DNA of 64,000 nucleotides from Thermoanaerobaculia bacterium (GTDB lineage Bacteria; Acidobacteriota; Thermoanaerobaculia; Gp7-AA8): NCBI GenBank assembly GCA_038244715.1, contig JBBRTE010000001.1, positions 234,877 to 298,876 of the forward strand, read 5' to 3'. Shown piece by piece: positions 10,793 to 21,431 of this stretch (position 1 is its first letter; each line of letters starts with the position of its first letter). The notes under the pieces were generated by a model. It saw only the letters and a program-made list of their open reading frames with translations, ran no database searches and was not told where the DNA came from. The position numbers and the translations under genes were made by a program.

Positions 10793-10863
10793 TTCCAAGG
10801 TGACGTCTGCCATGCACTCCCGCGGTCGAACTGAGGCATGGTGTGTCCCATGGAGAGGACTGG

Positions 10864-11352
10864 ATGAAAACGCGTGATCTCGCCATCTATGTAATCGGCG
10901 GTGGTCTGGCCGCAGGAATCCTCGTCTGGACCACCAATCGAATGGTCCACCCACCCGTTGCGCCCGGGAGTCCGGCCGTGACGCGAGCGACGCCCGCGCC
11001 GCCACCCCCGTCACAGTCTCTGGAGTCTGTGCCTCGCATCGACCCCGCCGAGTTCAGCAAACGCCTCGAGCGCGGGGAGATCGTCGTCATCGATGTTCGC
11101 GATGTCGCGGACTACACGAACGCGCACATCCCCGGGGCCATTCACATCCCGCTCTCGTTCATGCAGGGCGAGCTCCCCTATCTGCCGCGCGGCAAGCCGA
11201 TCGTCACGTACTGTACGTGACCGGCCGAAGAGTCGAGCGCCGGTGCGGCGCTCATCATCCGAAACGGCGGCCTGGAAGCCTCCGCACTTCTCGGCGGATT
11301 CGCCGGGTGGCAGAGCGCCGGTTTGCCGGTGCATCAGGGCTCGGAACCATAG
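10864..11352 (+). CDS. Membrane-anchored rhodanese-domain protein with in-frame UGA (probable selenocysteine, CxU)
   Basis: IDVR..Y..AHIPGA and IVTYCT-TGA(11218-11220), then the same frame continues PAEESSAGAA...LLGGFAGWQSAGLP to TAG at 11352, completing the rhodanese fold. Confidence 0.85.
11235..11253 (+). promoter_or_regulatory. Putative bacterial SECIS hairpin
   Basis: GAGCGCCG-GTG-CGGCGCTC perfect stem with G/U apical loop, starting 15 nt after the UGA. Confidence 0.65.
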
Positions 11353-11450
11353 GATCACCACGATTGGTGACAGCGAATACGACGCCACAGCGGCAGGCGC
11401 CGACACCGTTCCAGTGAATGAGCATACGATGCTCAAAACAGGAGAATCGG

Positions 11451-11753
11451 ATGAAGAAGACACTGGTTTGCGCAGTCCTGCTCGCGGCAGCTCTCCCCCT
11501 CACAGCGTTCGCCGACGGCGCGGCGCTCTACAAAACTAAGTGCGCTGCCTGCCACGGACCGGATGGCAGTGGTCAGACTCCCGTCGGCAAGAATCTCAAA
11601 GTGAAGAATCTCAGCTCTCCGGAAGTCCAGGCGCTGACCGATGCGGAGCTGACCAAAGTCCTGACGGCCGGCAAAGGCAAAATGCCGCCGAGCAGACTGG
11701 GGACGGACGACATGAAAGCCGTGATCGGGTTCGTTCGCAGTCTCAAGAAATAG
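11451..11753 (+). CDS. Class I monoheme cytochrome c (copy 2)
   Basis: Signal peptide, CAACH and KMP; RBS GGAG. Confidence 0.92.
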   Translation: MKKTLVCAVLLAAALPLTAFADGAALYKTKCAACHGPDGSGQTPVGKNLKVKNLSSPEVQALTDAELTKVLTAGKGKMPPSRLGTDDMKAVIGFVRSLKK

Positions 11754-13194
11754 GAACGACTCGCCTCAGCCGGGCGATGCCCAGCATCGCGCCGCCGTAA
11801 ACGCCCAGCGCGATGAACATCACCGCGGCTGTGCCGGTGCGAAGGTCCTGCAACACAACCTTCGCGCCGGTCAGCACGAGCAGCGCGACGGCGAGCTGCG
11901 ACGCTTCGCGTACCCGCCATAGCCGGCCGATCGCAGCGAGCGCCACCGCCACCATCGACAGAACGGCCGTGTGCAGCAGGGCGTGTACGCTCTCGCCCGC
12001 GGTTCCGATGGGGGCTGATACCCCGACCAGCGCCAACGCCGTGACACCGCAAATCGCCGTGCCGAGAAGCACGACATTGCGATGGCGAAAAAACGCGGCG
12101 AGACTGAGTGCTGCCACCACGACGACCAGCAGCGGCACCTCCAGCCGTTCTCCACGATTCAGCAACGCGGCGCCTGCGAACGCGAAGAGACCGCCGCGCG
12201 CAGCCGCCAGGATCGTCCACACGGCGCTCTGCACCGCGAATGGAATCGTCACAGCGCGCGTCGCACCACGGCGCGCGATCTCCGCGGCAATCACCGCCGC
12301 CAGGCTCCAGACGATGGCACAGTCGCGGGCCGGCAACACGAGAGCCGCACTGCCTGCGACCCCGAGCAGTGTCCCCAACGCGGCCTGCATCATGGCCGGA
12401 CGGCTCACCGCGATCCAGATCCCCGCGAATCCGAGCAAGGCCGCCGCGACGACGAACCGTCCGTCGCTCGACGAATCGAGCACCGTCGCCAGAAACAGCA
12501 GCAGCGCCACGAGATCGCTCTCGAGCGCACGCACCCAACCGACCACGTTCGCGTGCAGCAGGAACGCCGCCGCGCCGACCACGGTCAGTTCGATGAGGAA
12601 GGGAACCACCTGCTTCGTGGCAACGGCCAGAAGCAACGCGTTGCAGGTCGCTCCGGCTGCAGCGATCCAGGCAAACGACGCGAATGAATAGCGGCGTCCT
12701 GCCTCGATCAGCCCAATGCTGAGCACCGCCAGAAGGACGGCGGCCATGTTGGCCGTCATCACGCCAAAGCGCGTCGTCGCTTCCCACACGATCGGATACG
12801 CGATGATCGCGGCCGTGACCGCGTAGAAGACGCCGGCGCTGCGGCGGCCCAGACGTACCGAGTGCAGCGCCGCGCCGATCCAGACGAGCGCGTAGAGAAT
12901 TCCGAGGGCCACACCCACGGGTTTCGACACCGCCATCGAATCTGTCGCCGCGCGCAGGAGAAAGGCGCCGCCGAGGATCAGAAGAGATTTTCCGATGAGG
13001 GCGAGATCGACGCCCGGGAGAAAGGATTCCTCCTCGCCGTTCGCCTCCGACTCGATCACTGGAGACTGCATCGCGGGGATTTCCGGAGGGATCATCCCAG
13101 CGTGTTCGAGCCTCCGATGCTCGAGAATGGAAAGGCGTTCCTCAATCTGCTCCAACCGGAGATTGAGCTCGTCCAGTCGCCGCTCGACGTTCAT
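11743..13194 (-). CDS. Polytopic membrane protein of unknown function (DUF2339-like) with N-terminal coiled coil
   Basis: Coiled coil followed by many TM helices; IGKSLLILGGAFLLR and C-terminal KVVLQDL. Confidence 0.7.
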   Translation of the reverse strand: MNVERRLDELNLRLEQIEERLSILEHRRLEHAGMIPPEIPAMQSPVIESEANGEEESFLPGVDLALIGKSLLILGGAFLLRAATDSMAVSKPVGVALGILYALVWIGAALHSVRLGRRSAGVFYAVTAAIIAYPIVWEATTRFGVMTANMAAVLLAVLSIGLIEAGRRYSFASFAWIAAAGATCNALLLAVATKQVVPFLIELTVVGAAAFLLHANVVGWVRALESDLVALLLFLATVLDSSSDGRFVVAAALLGFAGIWIAVSRPAMMQAALGTLLGVAGSAALVLPARDCAIVWSLAAVIAAEIARRGATRAVTIPFAVQSAVWTILAAARGGLFAFAGAALLNRGERLEVPLLVVVVAALSLAAFFRHRNVVLLGTAICGVTALALVGVSAPIGTAGESVHALLHTAVLSMVAVALAAIGRLWRVREASQLAVALLVLTGAKVVLQDLRTGTAAVMFIALGVYGGAMLGIARLRRVVPIS

Positions 13195-13322
13195 AGGTCA
13201 CCCAAGCACGATTCGTGTGGATCCCGTCGTGTCCGCAATCACGAAGCTGCGTGACGAAAGAGGCCACATCGATGCGTGCAGCGAGAGTATGCTCGTCACA
13301 CCGCGACAAAAAGGTACCTGTG

Positions 13323-13784
13323 ATGGACGCACTCGAATCCCAACCGCGACGCCGGTTTCTGAACTATTTCCTCGGCACATCTCTGGGCGCCGTCGTGGTC
13401 TCGTTTCTTTATCCTGTCATCCGCTTTGTGAGCCCGCCGCGAATCCCGGAAGCGACGACGAATCAGGTCGAAGCCGGCGACACCACCGACCCGCAGTTGA
13501 TGGAAAAAGGATTCAAGATCGTCCGCTTCGGCGCAGAGCCGGTCATCCTCCTGAAAGTCACCGACACCGACTATCGCGCTTTTTCCGCAACCTGCACACA
13601 TCTCGACTGCATCGTCGGCTACCAGAAGGACCGCAGCCGGATCTTCTGCAATTGTCACGGCGGCGCCTATGACCTCAATGGCCGCAACGTGTCAGGGCCG
13701 CCTCCCCGTCCGCTCATCGCCTACAAAGTGAACCTCTTAGCGAAGGGCTCCGAGCCGGCGAAGATCGTCGTCTCACGCGCATAA
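13323..13784 (+). CDS. Rieske [2Fe-2S] subunit of a Rieske/cytochrome b complex
   Basis: Tat motif RRRFL; CTHLDC...CNCHGG and GPPPRPL. Confidence 0.93.
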   Translation: MDALESQPRRRFLNYFLGTSLGAVVVSFLYPVIRFVSPPRIPEATTNQVEAGDTTDPQLMEKGFKIVRFGAEPVILLKVTDTDYRAFSATCTHLDCIVGYQKDRSRIFCNCHGGAYDLNGRNVSGPPPRPLIAYKVNLLAKGSEPAKIVVSRA

Positions 13785-13788
13785 GACG

Positions 13789-14943
13789 ATGTTTGCCCGC
13801 GCCGGAAAGTGGCTCGACGATCGCCTTGGGCTGTCCACGCTCGTCGAATTCGGCGCCCATAAGACGGTTCCTGTTCACCGCTTCACCGTCTTCTACTATC
13901 TGGGCGGAATGACCCTGTTCTTTTTCATCGTGCAGGTCTGCACGGGTGTGCTGCTGATGCTCTATTACAGACCGTCGGCTAATGAGGCGTTTGAATCGGT
14001 CGAATTCATCATGACCGTCGTGCCGTTCGGCTGGCTGATCCGCTCGATCCATTCGTGGTCCGCGAATCTCATGGTGTTCTTTGCCTTTCTCCATCTGGCC
14101 AGCGTCTACTTCCTGAAGGCCTATCGCGCCCCGCGCGAACTGACGTGGGTCACCGGCGTCTTCGTTCTGTTCCTGATCCTGGGGTTCGGATTCTCCGGAT
14201 ACCTGCTGCCCTGGAACCAGCTCGCGTTCTTTGCGACGAAGGTGGGCACGGACATCTCGGGCGCCGTTCCGCTGGTCGGTCCATGGATGGTTCGCTTCCT
14301 CCGCGGCGGAGAACGCGTGTCCGGCGGAACGTTGTCCCGCTTCTACGGCTGGCACGTGGCCGTTCTCCCCGCGATCACAGGCGTGATGCTGCTCGGTCAT
14401 CTCATCCTTGTGCAGGTCAAGGGGATGAGCATCCCCGCATCCTGCGAACAAGAAACCCGCCGCCGGAAACCGATGAAGTTCTTCCCGCACTTTGCGCTGC
14501 GTGATCTCACCGGTTGGCTGTTCGCGTTAGGCGTCCTGGCTGCGCTCGCGGCGCTCTTCCCCTGGGAACTGGGAGAGAAAGCGGATCTCTTCGCTCCCGC
14601 CTACGAGAACATCCGGCCGGAGTGGTACTTCGTCTTCATGTTTCAGACGTTGAAGCTGGTGCCTGGCGGAGAGATTCTCGGACTTGAATACGAAGCCATT
14701 CCCATCCTGATCTTCGGCGCGGCCGGCCTGCTTCTGACGCTGGTGCCGTTTCTCGACCGCAGCGAACCGGGCAAAGGAAGGGCGTGGGGCATCGGTGGCG
14801 CGCTGGCTCTCGTCTTCGTGATCGCCATGACGTGCTGGGGATACATGTCGCTGCTGCCGCTGTACGTCGTCATCAGCAGCGGGGTCCTTCTGTTGCTCCT
14901 CGCGTTCGTCACTCGTGGCGGGCGGGAATCGGAGAATCGATGA
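13789..14943 (+). CDS. Cytochrome b (unsplit) of a bc-type complex
   Basis: [25 protein letters not shown] and Qo-site PEWY motifs. Confidence 0.95.
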   Translation: MFARAGKWLDDRLGLSTLVEFGAHKTVPVHRFTVFYYLGGMTLFFFIVQVCTGVLLMLYYRPSANEAFESVEFIMTVVPFGWLIRSIHSWSANLMVFFAFLHLASVYFLKAYRAPRELTWVTGVFVLFLILGFGFSGYLLPWNQLAFFATKVGTDISGAVPLVGPWMVRFLRGGERVSGGTLSRFYGWHVAVLPAITGVMLLGHLILVQVKGMSIPASCEQETRRRKPMKFFPHFALRDLTGWLFALGVLAALAALFPWELGEKADLFAPAYENIRPEWYFVFMFQTLKLVPGGEILGLEYEAIPILIFGAAGLLLTLVPFLDRSEPGKGRAWGIGGALALVFVIAMTCWGYMSLLPLYVVISSGVLLLLLAFVTRGGRESENR

Positions 14944-16598
14944 GAGCGCGATTCCTCGTTGCTGCAATGGTAATCGTCTGCACGGCGATGTTCGCACATG
15001 CCCAGACGTCGTGCATTCACTGTCATGGTGGGGAACTGTTCGACGAGGCCGGCCGGGCGAAGGTGACGCATTTCAACACCGACGTCCATTCACAAGTTGG
15101 GTTGTCGTGTCAGGACTGTCATGGCGGGAATCCCGACCCGAAGCTCGGCGACGACATCGCCGGCGCGATGGATCCCAACTTCAAGCCCAATCCTTATATC
15201 GGCGCACCGAAGCGCACCGCGATCCCCGACTTCTGCGGCCGCTGTCATTCCTCCGCCGCCTACATGAATCGCTACAACCCCGCCGCACGCGTCGACATGG
15301 TCACCGAATACTGGACGAGCCATCACGGACAGCAGTTGAAGCGGGGCATTGACGACGTGGCCACGTGCATCGATTGCCATTCCGTTCACAACATCCGCCG
15401 CAAAGGCAATCCGGAGTCACCGGTCTATCCCACACACGTCGCCGAGACGTGCAGCCGCTGTCACTCCGATCCCAAACGGATGCACGCCAACGGGCGCAAC
15501 CTGCCCGTGGATCAATTCGCGCGGTGGCGCACCAGCGTGCACGCCAATGCCATGCTGGTCAAAGGCGACCTTACGGCACCAACCTGCAATGACTGTCACG
15601 GAAACCATGGCGCGACCCCCCCGGGCGTCGCCAGCATCGCCTTTGTCTGCGGCCAATGCCACGTCCGGGAAATGGAATTGTTCCGCGCCAGTCCCAAAGC
15701 TGCGGGATGGGAGCGCCACAATGACTTGCTCGCGGCCGCGCCCGACGGCAAATGCGGAACGTGCCACGAGGACGGCCGTTCTGCACTGCAGCTCACACAG
15801 TTCAATGGGTGTGTGATCTGCCATAGCAATCACGGAATCACACGTCCCACCGTGGCCATGCTCGGTAATCAGCCCGACACGCCGTGCGCGTTCTGTCACG
15901 AAGGGGTCGGAGCGCTCGCCGCTGCCGTTCCGGAACCAAAGGCCAAGGCCGAACATTTTGCGCAACTGCGCGGAACCCTCCTTGCAATCGCGGACAAACG
16001 CCACCTGCAGGGCGACGCACGCTTCGACTGGATGGTCGATCAGGCGCTGCTGCTGCCGACACACAGAATCCTCTCCGCGGACGACGGCAAGCCGCACCTG
16101 CGTCCCGAGTTCGCCCGCCTGTTCGAAAAATTCAGGATCGGCAAGACCCATTACGGATACCGCGACCCAGCAACGGGCCGCGAGGTCAGCCTGGCCGCGC
16201 GCCGTTGCAGCGATTGCCATCTCATCCCCGGCTTCCCCGGTCACGACACGGCGAAGGCTCTCCTCACCGGCACGCGCGAAGTCACCAGCATGATCGCCCG
16301 CTCGGAACGCATCCTCCTCGCCGCGCAGCGCGGTGGGGTGGAAATACGGGCCGCCCGGTCGGAGCTCGACAGCGCGATCGACAATCAGATCGAGCTCGAG
16401 ACCCTCGTGCACACGTTCTCCAGTGGTGGTGCCTTCGCTGCCAAGCGAAAGGAAGCGCTCCAGCACGCACAGGCCGCGCTCATCGCCGGTCAGCACTCAC
16501 TGGATGAACTGGCCTATCGCCGGCGCGGTCTGCTCATCGCCCTCGCGGTGATCGTCGCTGCGCTGGCGGCGCTGATGCTCAAGCTTCGGGAGATGTAA
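14940..16598 (+). CDS. Membrane-anchored 11-heme cytochrome c (c-subunit of the Rieske/cytochrome b complex)
   Basis: Signal peptide, 11 CxxCH, C-terminal TM helix; ATGA overlap with cytochrome b. Confidence 0.9.
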   Translation: MRARFLVAAMVIVCTAMFAHAQTSCIHCHGGELFDEAGRAKVTHFNTDVHSQVGLSCQDCHGGNPDPKLGDDIAGAMDPNFKPNPYIGAPKRTAIPDFCGRCHSSAAYMNRYNPAARVDMVTEYWTSHHGQQLKRGIDDVATCIDCHSVHNIRRKGNPESPVYPTHVAETCSRCHSDPKRMHANGRNLPVDQFARWRTSVHANAMLVKGDLTAPTCNDCHGNHGATPPGVASIAFVCGQCHVREMELFRASPKAAGWERHNDLLAAAPDGKCGTCHEDGRSALQLTQFNGCVICHSNHGITRPTVAMLGNQPDTPCAFCHEGVGALAAAVPEPKAKAEHFAQLRGTLLAIADKRHLQGDARFDWMVDQALLLPTHRILSADDGKPHLRPEFARLFEKFRIGKTHYGYRDPATGREVSLAARRCSDCHLIPGFPGHDTAKALLTGTREVTSMIARSERILLAAQRGGVEIRAARSELDSAIDNQIELETLVHTFSSGGAFAAKRKEALQHAQAALIAGQHSLDELAYRRRGLLIALAVIVAALAALMLKLREM

Positions 16599-16789
16599 GG
16601 GCTCGGGAATGCGGAGTGGCGTGATGGCCCCCGTCACCCCCTCGTTTACAGCACGGGATCCCGCGCCGCGCTCCGCGGGCTCGGAATGTCAGCTCGTTTG
16701 AGGCGGCGCGAGAATCAGCAACGATGCCGGCTCGGAATGACCAGCTCTTTGAAAAGGGCGCGAAATGTCACGGTGATTGCCCTCCCTCC

Positions 16790-16823
16790 CAAAATAAAAG
16801 CGGCGGCCAACGGCCGCCGCTTC
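16790..16823 (-). terminator. Rho-independent terminator
   Basis: GCGGCGGCC/GGCCGCCGC stem followed by a T-run on the minus strand, downstream of cytochrome c copy 3. Confidence 0.7.
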
Positions 16824-16844
16824 GTTCAACCGCGGGTGCGGGCT

Positions 16845-17168
16845 CTACTGCTTCATGGTGCGCATATGCGCGACCACGGCGGTGAGCTCGGCTTCACTCA
16901 GCTTGCCCTTGTAGGCTGGCATCTTCGCCTTGCCGTCCGCGGTGATCTTCCTCAGTTCCGCATCGCTCTGCTTCTGAACCTCGGCCGAGCGGAGATCGCG
17001 GACCTTCATCGACTTCCCCATCGGCGTCTGGCCGCTGCCATCCGCGGCATGGCAACTCGCGCACTTCGCTTTATAGATTGCAGCTCCATCCGCCGCCATC
17101 GCCGCCGACGCGGTCAGAGTGGCGAGGGCCATCGCGGTCAGGAATGCTGCAGCACGTCTGGTGTTCAT
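16845..17168 (-). CDS. Class I monoheme cytochrome c (copy 3)
   Basis: Signal peptide, CASCH and KMP; RBS GGAGG. Confidence 0.92.
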   Translation of the reverse strand: MNTRRAAAFLTAMALATLTASAAMAADGAAIYKAKCASCHAADGSGQTPMGKSMKVRDLRSAEVQKQSDAELRKITADGKAKMPAYKGKLSEAELTAVVAHMRTMKQ

Positions 17169-17178
17169 GGAAACCTCC

Positions 17179-18654
17179 TTATTGAGACATGACGCTGCCG
17201 GAATGGCAGTCGGCACAGTTGAAGTTCCGCAGATCGCCTAATTCCGTGGGGTGCTGGAACTCCGTGGTTGCTCCGTTCTCGCCCATCACCGTGTGACAGA
17301 TGGTGCACTCTTTGCTGATTCGCTTGCCGTCGGCACTGACGTGCTGGTCGTCGTGACAGCGGAAACATCCCTGCGTGTAGAAGTGACCGACGTTGTCCTT
17401 GTGCGTGCGCCAGTCCACGTTCATCTCCGGAAACCGCGTCGAACCGAAGATCCGCTGCAGTGAGACCACCGAACGGTCGATCGACGCCTTCTTTACCGCG
17501 TAGACCGCTGGATAGGTGTTCTTGTAGTAGGCATTGAAGTCCGTGGCGATGGCAGCCATCGCCTGCGCCGTCGACTTGTAGTCCTTCGAGAGGACAGTGA
17601 CCGATTGCTGCTTCGCAAATGGCAGGGAATGGTCGACGTTGCCGGCCAGCAGCGCACGATCGACGGAGCGATCGGGTGACAGATAGATGTGCGTCGGCCG
17701 GTTGTGGCAGTCGACGCAATCCATCCTACGATGCGGCAACGCCGCGATCTGTGCCGCCGTCAGCTTCGACCCCTCGGTCTTGTACTCCGTCACTTTGCCA
17801 GTGCGGTCCTTGACTCGAATCCAGGGGATCTCCTGCCGCTGGCGGTCCGTGGCCACATACGTAATTTCATTGGAGATATTCATGTGCCAGTGAATTCCCG
17901 ACGTGATCCCCGAACCAGGACTGCCTCCGCCGGTCTTGATCAATACGCGCACCTCTTTCGGCGTGCTGGCCTCGTCATACTGGAAGTGATTGAAGACCTT
18001 CAGCTGCGCACCGAAGAACTTCTCCGGCCAATGGCATTGCTCACAGGTCTGTTGGGCCGGTCGCAAATTCTCTACGGGAGAAGGAATCGGACGCGGGTAC
18101 TTGTTGGCGATCGCGGCATACACCTGGTACGCCCCCGATAGCTTCGAGCGCACATACCACGTCGCGCCCGATCCCACGTGGCAGCCAACGCAGCCGACGC
18201 GCGCGTGCGGCGACAGTTTGTAGGCCGTGTATTCGGGAATCATGATCTGGTGGCAGAGCGTCCCACAGAACGCATCCGTCTCCGTGTAATGAAATGCCTG
18301 ATAACTGCCGATGACGCTGGCCGTCACGAAACAGATCACGCCGGCGAAGGTCCCGACGATGATGAAACGCGTCCTGCGCTCATTCAGATCGATGCGCGGG
18401 TAGAGAGCGACGGCGCCGGGAGCGCGTTTGCGCCTTCTTCTCCGCTCGATGAGCAGGCCCGCGATGTAGACGGCCAGACCGAACGACAGGATGGCGGGCG
18501 CCACGATCCACGCCAGGATTCCCAGATAGGGATTGGCGTGGCTGGCGCGCGCATCGATGTAGATCAGGAAGATTGTATTCATCAGCGCGACGAAGGCGAT
18601 CAAAGCGCCGGCGAGGCTGATGGCGTTGCGGCCTAGGCTCGTATTCGATTTCAT
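17179..18654 (-). CDS. imcH: ImcH-like NapC/NirT-family inner-membrane heptaheme cytochrome
   Basis: Three N-terminal TM helices; CGTLCH (Cx3CH) plus six CxxCH; RSKLSG NapC-type motif. Confidence 0.75.
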   Translation of the reverse strand: MKSNTSLGRNAISLAGALIAFVALMNTIFLIYIDARASHANPYLGILAWIVAPAILSFGLAVYIAGLLIERRRRRKRAPGAVALYPRIDLNERRTRFIIVGTFAGVICFVTASVIGSYQAFHYTETDAFCGTLCHQIMIPEYTAYKLSPHARVGCVGCHVGSGATWYVRSKLSGAYQVYAAIANKYPRPIPSPVENLRPAQQTCEQCHWPEKFFGAQLKVFNHFQYDEASTPKEVRVLIKTGGGSPGSGITSGIHWHMNISNEITYVATDRQRQEIPWIRVKDRTGKVTEYKTEGSKLTAAQIAALPHRRMDCVDCHNRPTHIYLSPDRSVDRALLAGNVDHSLPFAKQQSVTVLSKDYKSTAQAMAAIATDFNAYYKNTYPAVYAVKKASIDRSVVSLQRIFGSTRFPEMNVDWRTHKDNVGHFYTQGCFRCHDDQHVSADGKRISKECTICHTVMGENGATTEFQHPTELGDLRNFNCADCHSGSVMSQ

Positions 18655-18665
18655 GGGTGTCGAGG

Positions 18666-20594
18666 TTACTCCTTGTCGGGCTCGCTGCTCTGTTCCTTTT
18701 TCCACACTTCATACGCGAGCACGTGCTCGTGCTGGAGCTCCTCGGGGCTCATCTTTCCGTCGTACCAGCTCCAGCTCATGGGATAGACATCCGGGTCGAA
18801 CATCACCTGGTAGAAGTGCCAGATCACAATGGCCAGCGTGGCCAGTACAGCTTCATAGAAGTGGATCGTCAGCGCGACGTCACCCCACCACCGGGGCAGG
18901 AAGTAGCTCACACCGACTTTGAACCACAGCATCAGACCCGTCACGCCCATGACGATGGTTCCCCAGATCAGGGCCCAGTACTCGAGCTTCTCCGCATAGG
19001 TGAAGCGGCCGAACGACGGGCGACGCTTCGTCAGGCCGGCGTGGAAGGTTAGATTGGTGACCAGATCCAGCAGATCTTTCAGCCCGGGGAAGAAGTCGCG
19101 AATCCCTCTCCGCCCCTCGCGTGTCCCGATCATGTAGGCGACGTGATAGGCGCTGAGGAGCAGCATGACGACGGCGGCGGTCCGATGAACAATCCGCCGG
19201 ATTCCTTCGTCCGACGCCAGGAACCAGGCCCACGGTGACTCGGGGTAGGCCAGCGCGAATCCGCTGACCACGAGCACCGTGAAGGAGATGCCGAGGATGA
19301 GGTGCTGGATCCGCTGGTTCAGGTTCATCCGCACGATCACGCGGTCGGCATTTCGGCGCCGTGCCTGCGCTTTCCGCCACCAGAGCAGCGCGTTGTGCAG
19401 GAGCATGAATCCGATGGTGAGCGCAATCAGGACGTAGTAAATCCTTCGGATCCAGCGGCTGATGATTTCTCCGCTCTCCCCGCCCGTGACCGTTTCCTCG
19501 AGATGCACTTTGCCGATCGCGAAGTTGTGACCTGCGCCCGGATGGCATTTCCCGCACGTTTTCGCCAGATTGGCCCGGTTTGTCGATGACTTCGGGTCGC
19601 TCGACGGGAGGATGTTGTGCACTCCGTGGCAGCTCGCGCAGTTCGCCGCGAACTTGGACCCGAGGCGGCCGGCCAGACCGTGGTAGCTATCCTGGAACGA
19701 GGTCAACCGTCCGCCCGCCACACCCAGCTCCTGCGTCAACTTCACGCCGCCATGACACTGGCCACATGTGGTGCGCGCGATCTGCTGTGAGGCGACCGAG
19801 GACTTCGGATCGACGTGATTCTTAATGTTGTGAATGCCGTGGCAGTCCGTGCAGACAGGCGCCTGCGAATTGCCGCGGGCCAGCGCTTTGCCGTGAACGC
19901 TGAGCATGAATTCGCTTTTCACAGCGCCATGGCACTGCCCGCAGGTCGTCGGAATGTTGAAGCGATTGATCGGGGAACCTGGGTCGCGTGGAGTGAGAAT
20001 CTCGTGATGACCATGGCAATCAGTGCAGACCGCGGCCTTCATCGACCCCTTGGCCACAGCGAGACCATGCACGCTGTTTCGATACGAAACGATCGGCTGT
20101 GAGCTCACTCCGGAGCCATCCATCACGAACTTCTGTGAGTGACAGGAGCCGCAGGTAGCGGGGATATTCGTACGGAACGTCCTCGACTTCGGATCGGCTG
20201 CCGGCAGGATCTCGTGCGGTCCTCCGTGACAGGCAAGACAGGAGGCAGCGTTGCGATTTCCCGCTGCGATCGCCTTGGCATGAATGCCCTTGTCGTGAGC
20301 CGTCTGTGCGTCGGCGTGGCAGGAGGCGCAGACCACTTTCTGCGGCGCCGGATCGTGCGGATAGCCCTTGATGTCCGCGTGACACATCGTGCACTCCAGA
20401 ACGGAGTGCACGGAGGTACCGAAGACCTTCCCATCGACGTGGACGCTGGCGGTCTTGCCGTTCCCGAGGTCTTTGGTCAGCCCGGTGTCGTTGTGGCACG
20501 CCAGGCAGTCGTCATTCGTGGTCTGGGCGAAAAGGGGGAGGCCGCAAAGCGTTAGTGCGGCGACGATCAGTACTCGCAAACGAAGGCTTCTCAT
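18666..20594 (-). CDS. cbcL: CbcL-like fusion: 11-heme c domain plus FdnI/HydC-type cytochrome b domain
   Basis: 11 CxxCH, then TM domain with QRIQH, IVHR, EKLEYW and HFYEA...WHFY. Confidence 0.75.
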   Translation of the reverse strand: MRSLRLRVLIVAALTLCGLPLFAQTTNDDCLACHNDTGLTKDLGNGKTASVHVDGKVFGTSVHSVLECTMCHADIKGYPHDPAPQKVVCASCHADAQTAHDKGIHAKAIAAGNRNAASCLACHGGPHEILPAADPKSRTFRTNIPATCGSCHSQKFVMDGSGVSSQPIVSYRNSVHGLAVAKGSMKAAVCTDCHGHHEILTPRDPGSPINRFNIPTTCGQCHGAVKSEFMLSVHGKALARGNSQAPVCTDCHGIHNIKNHVDPKSSVASQQIARTTCGQCHGGVKLTQELGVAGGRLTSFQDSYHGLAGRLGSKFAANCASCHGVHNILPSSDPKSSTNRANLAKTCGKCHPGAGHNFAIGKVHLEETVTGGESGEIISRWIRRIYYVLIALTIGFMLLHNALLWWRKAQARRRNADRVIVRMNLNQRIQHLILGISFTVLVVSGFALAYPESPWAWFLASDEGIRRIVHRTAAVVMLLLSAYHVAYMIGTREGRRGIRDFFPGLKDLLDLVTNLTFHAGLTKRRPSFGRFTYAEKLEYWALIWGTIVMGVTGLMLWFKVGVSYFLPRWWGDVALTIHFYEAVLATLAIVIWHFYQVMFDPDVYPMSWSWYDGKMSPEELQHEHVLAYEVWKKEQSSEPDKE

Positions 20595-20679
20595 CTCGCC
20601 TCCTAGGGTAAGGCTCCGATGAGGGGCGTGTGATGGCGGCAGTCACGCCTGCCATGTGATCCCGCGCACGGGACCGCGT

Positions 20680-21285
20680 TCACACACCTCGCTTGAGTGT
20701 GAGCGTTACACCGTGCGTACCGATCGCCACGGAATCGTTCTTCACCGAAGGCGCGTTCGCTTCCCTCGTCATGGCATCGCCATCGAGGTCGATGCGCGCT
20801 TCGAGCGAGACGTGCTCAGGCGGCGTCCCTCCCATCATCGAGTCCTGCGATCCGAGGGAGAAGGGAACCGGGAACGAAGTGACGTCGATGCGCTTGGCGA
20901 ATACGGGATGCCCCTTCCCCGTGCCCGTTCGGGCGATGACGAAGACGATCAACTTGCCGGAAAAACTCGACGCGATCGCCGGATCGATTCCGATCGTTCC
21001 GGAGATGAGGTTCGAGGTCTGCGCGGCCGGAGCCGGCGTGGTGCTCATATGGCCGGCGGCGGGAGCTTTCAGTTCCGTCGCCGGAACCACCGGCGCTTCG
21101 ACCAGAGGGGCGATCTCGGGAGCGGAGACGGCGACCTGCTGCGGCGCAGGCTGGGCGATCGCATCCGTGCGTCCGTCATGACGGATTGCATACATGGCCA
21201 GGGCTCCGACGACGAGCGCGCTTCCCGCGCCGAGGACAAACGCGGTTCGAACGGAGATCTTCGAAGTGGCTGATTCTGTGGTCAT
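20680..21285 (-). CDS. Membrane-anchored CcmI/CycH C-terminal-domain-like protein
   Basis: N-terminal TM and Pro/Ala linker; FVIAR...PVFAKRI...FPVPFSLGSQDSMM...EARIDLDGDA. Confidence 0.7.
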   Translation of the reverse strand: MTTESATSKISVRTAFVLGAGSALVVGALAMYAIRHDGRTDAIAQPAPQQVAVSAPEIAPLVEAPVVPATELKAPAAGHMSTTPAPAAQTSNLISGTIGIDPAIASSFSGKLIVFVIARTGTGKGHPVFAKRIDVTSFPVPFSLGSQDSMMGGTPPEHVSLEARIDLDGDAMTREANAPSVKNDSVAIGTHGVTLTLKRGV

Positions 21286-21431
21286 TGATCCATTTCCTTC
21301 GCGCCGCGCTTCGCGGACGCTGCATGAATAAGTGAGTTGACTACGTGCGCACAGTAGGCGGTCAGCACGATTGCCGAGACAGCATATGCGGCCCAGACGA
21401 AACTCCAACCACCGTTGACGACACCGTTCAT
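21282..21431 (-). CDS. ccmD: Heme exporter protein CcmD-like
   Basis: 49-aa single TM protein (FVWAAYAVSAIVL), ATGA-coupled to ccmC. Confidence 0.7.
   Translation of the reverse strand: MNGVVNGGWSFVWAAYAVSAIVLTAYCAHVVNSLIHAASAKRGAKEMDQ

Noticed and set aside
11217-11417. Separate 66-aa ORF after the rhodanese UGA
   Set aside because: Wrong frame; the rhodanese C-terminus continues in the original frame.
16600-16745. ncRNA in the convergent intergenic gap
   Set aside because: Contains repeated GCTCGG(G)AATG fragments resembling the REP family at 46056; no RNA family recognisable.
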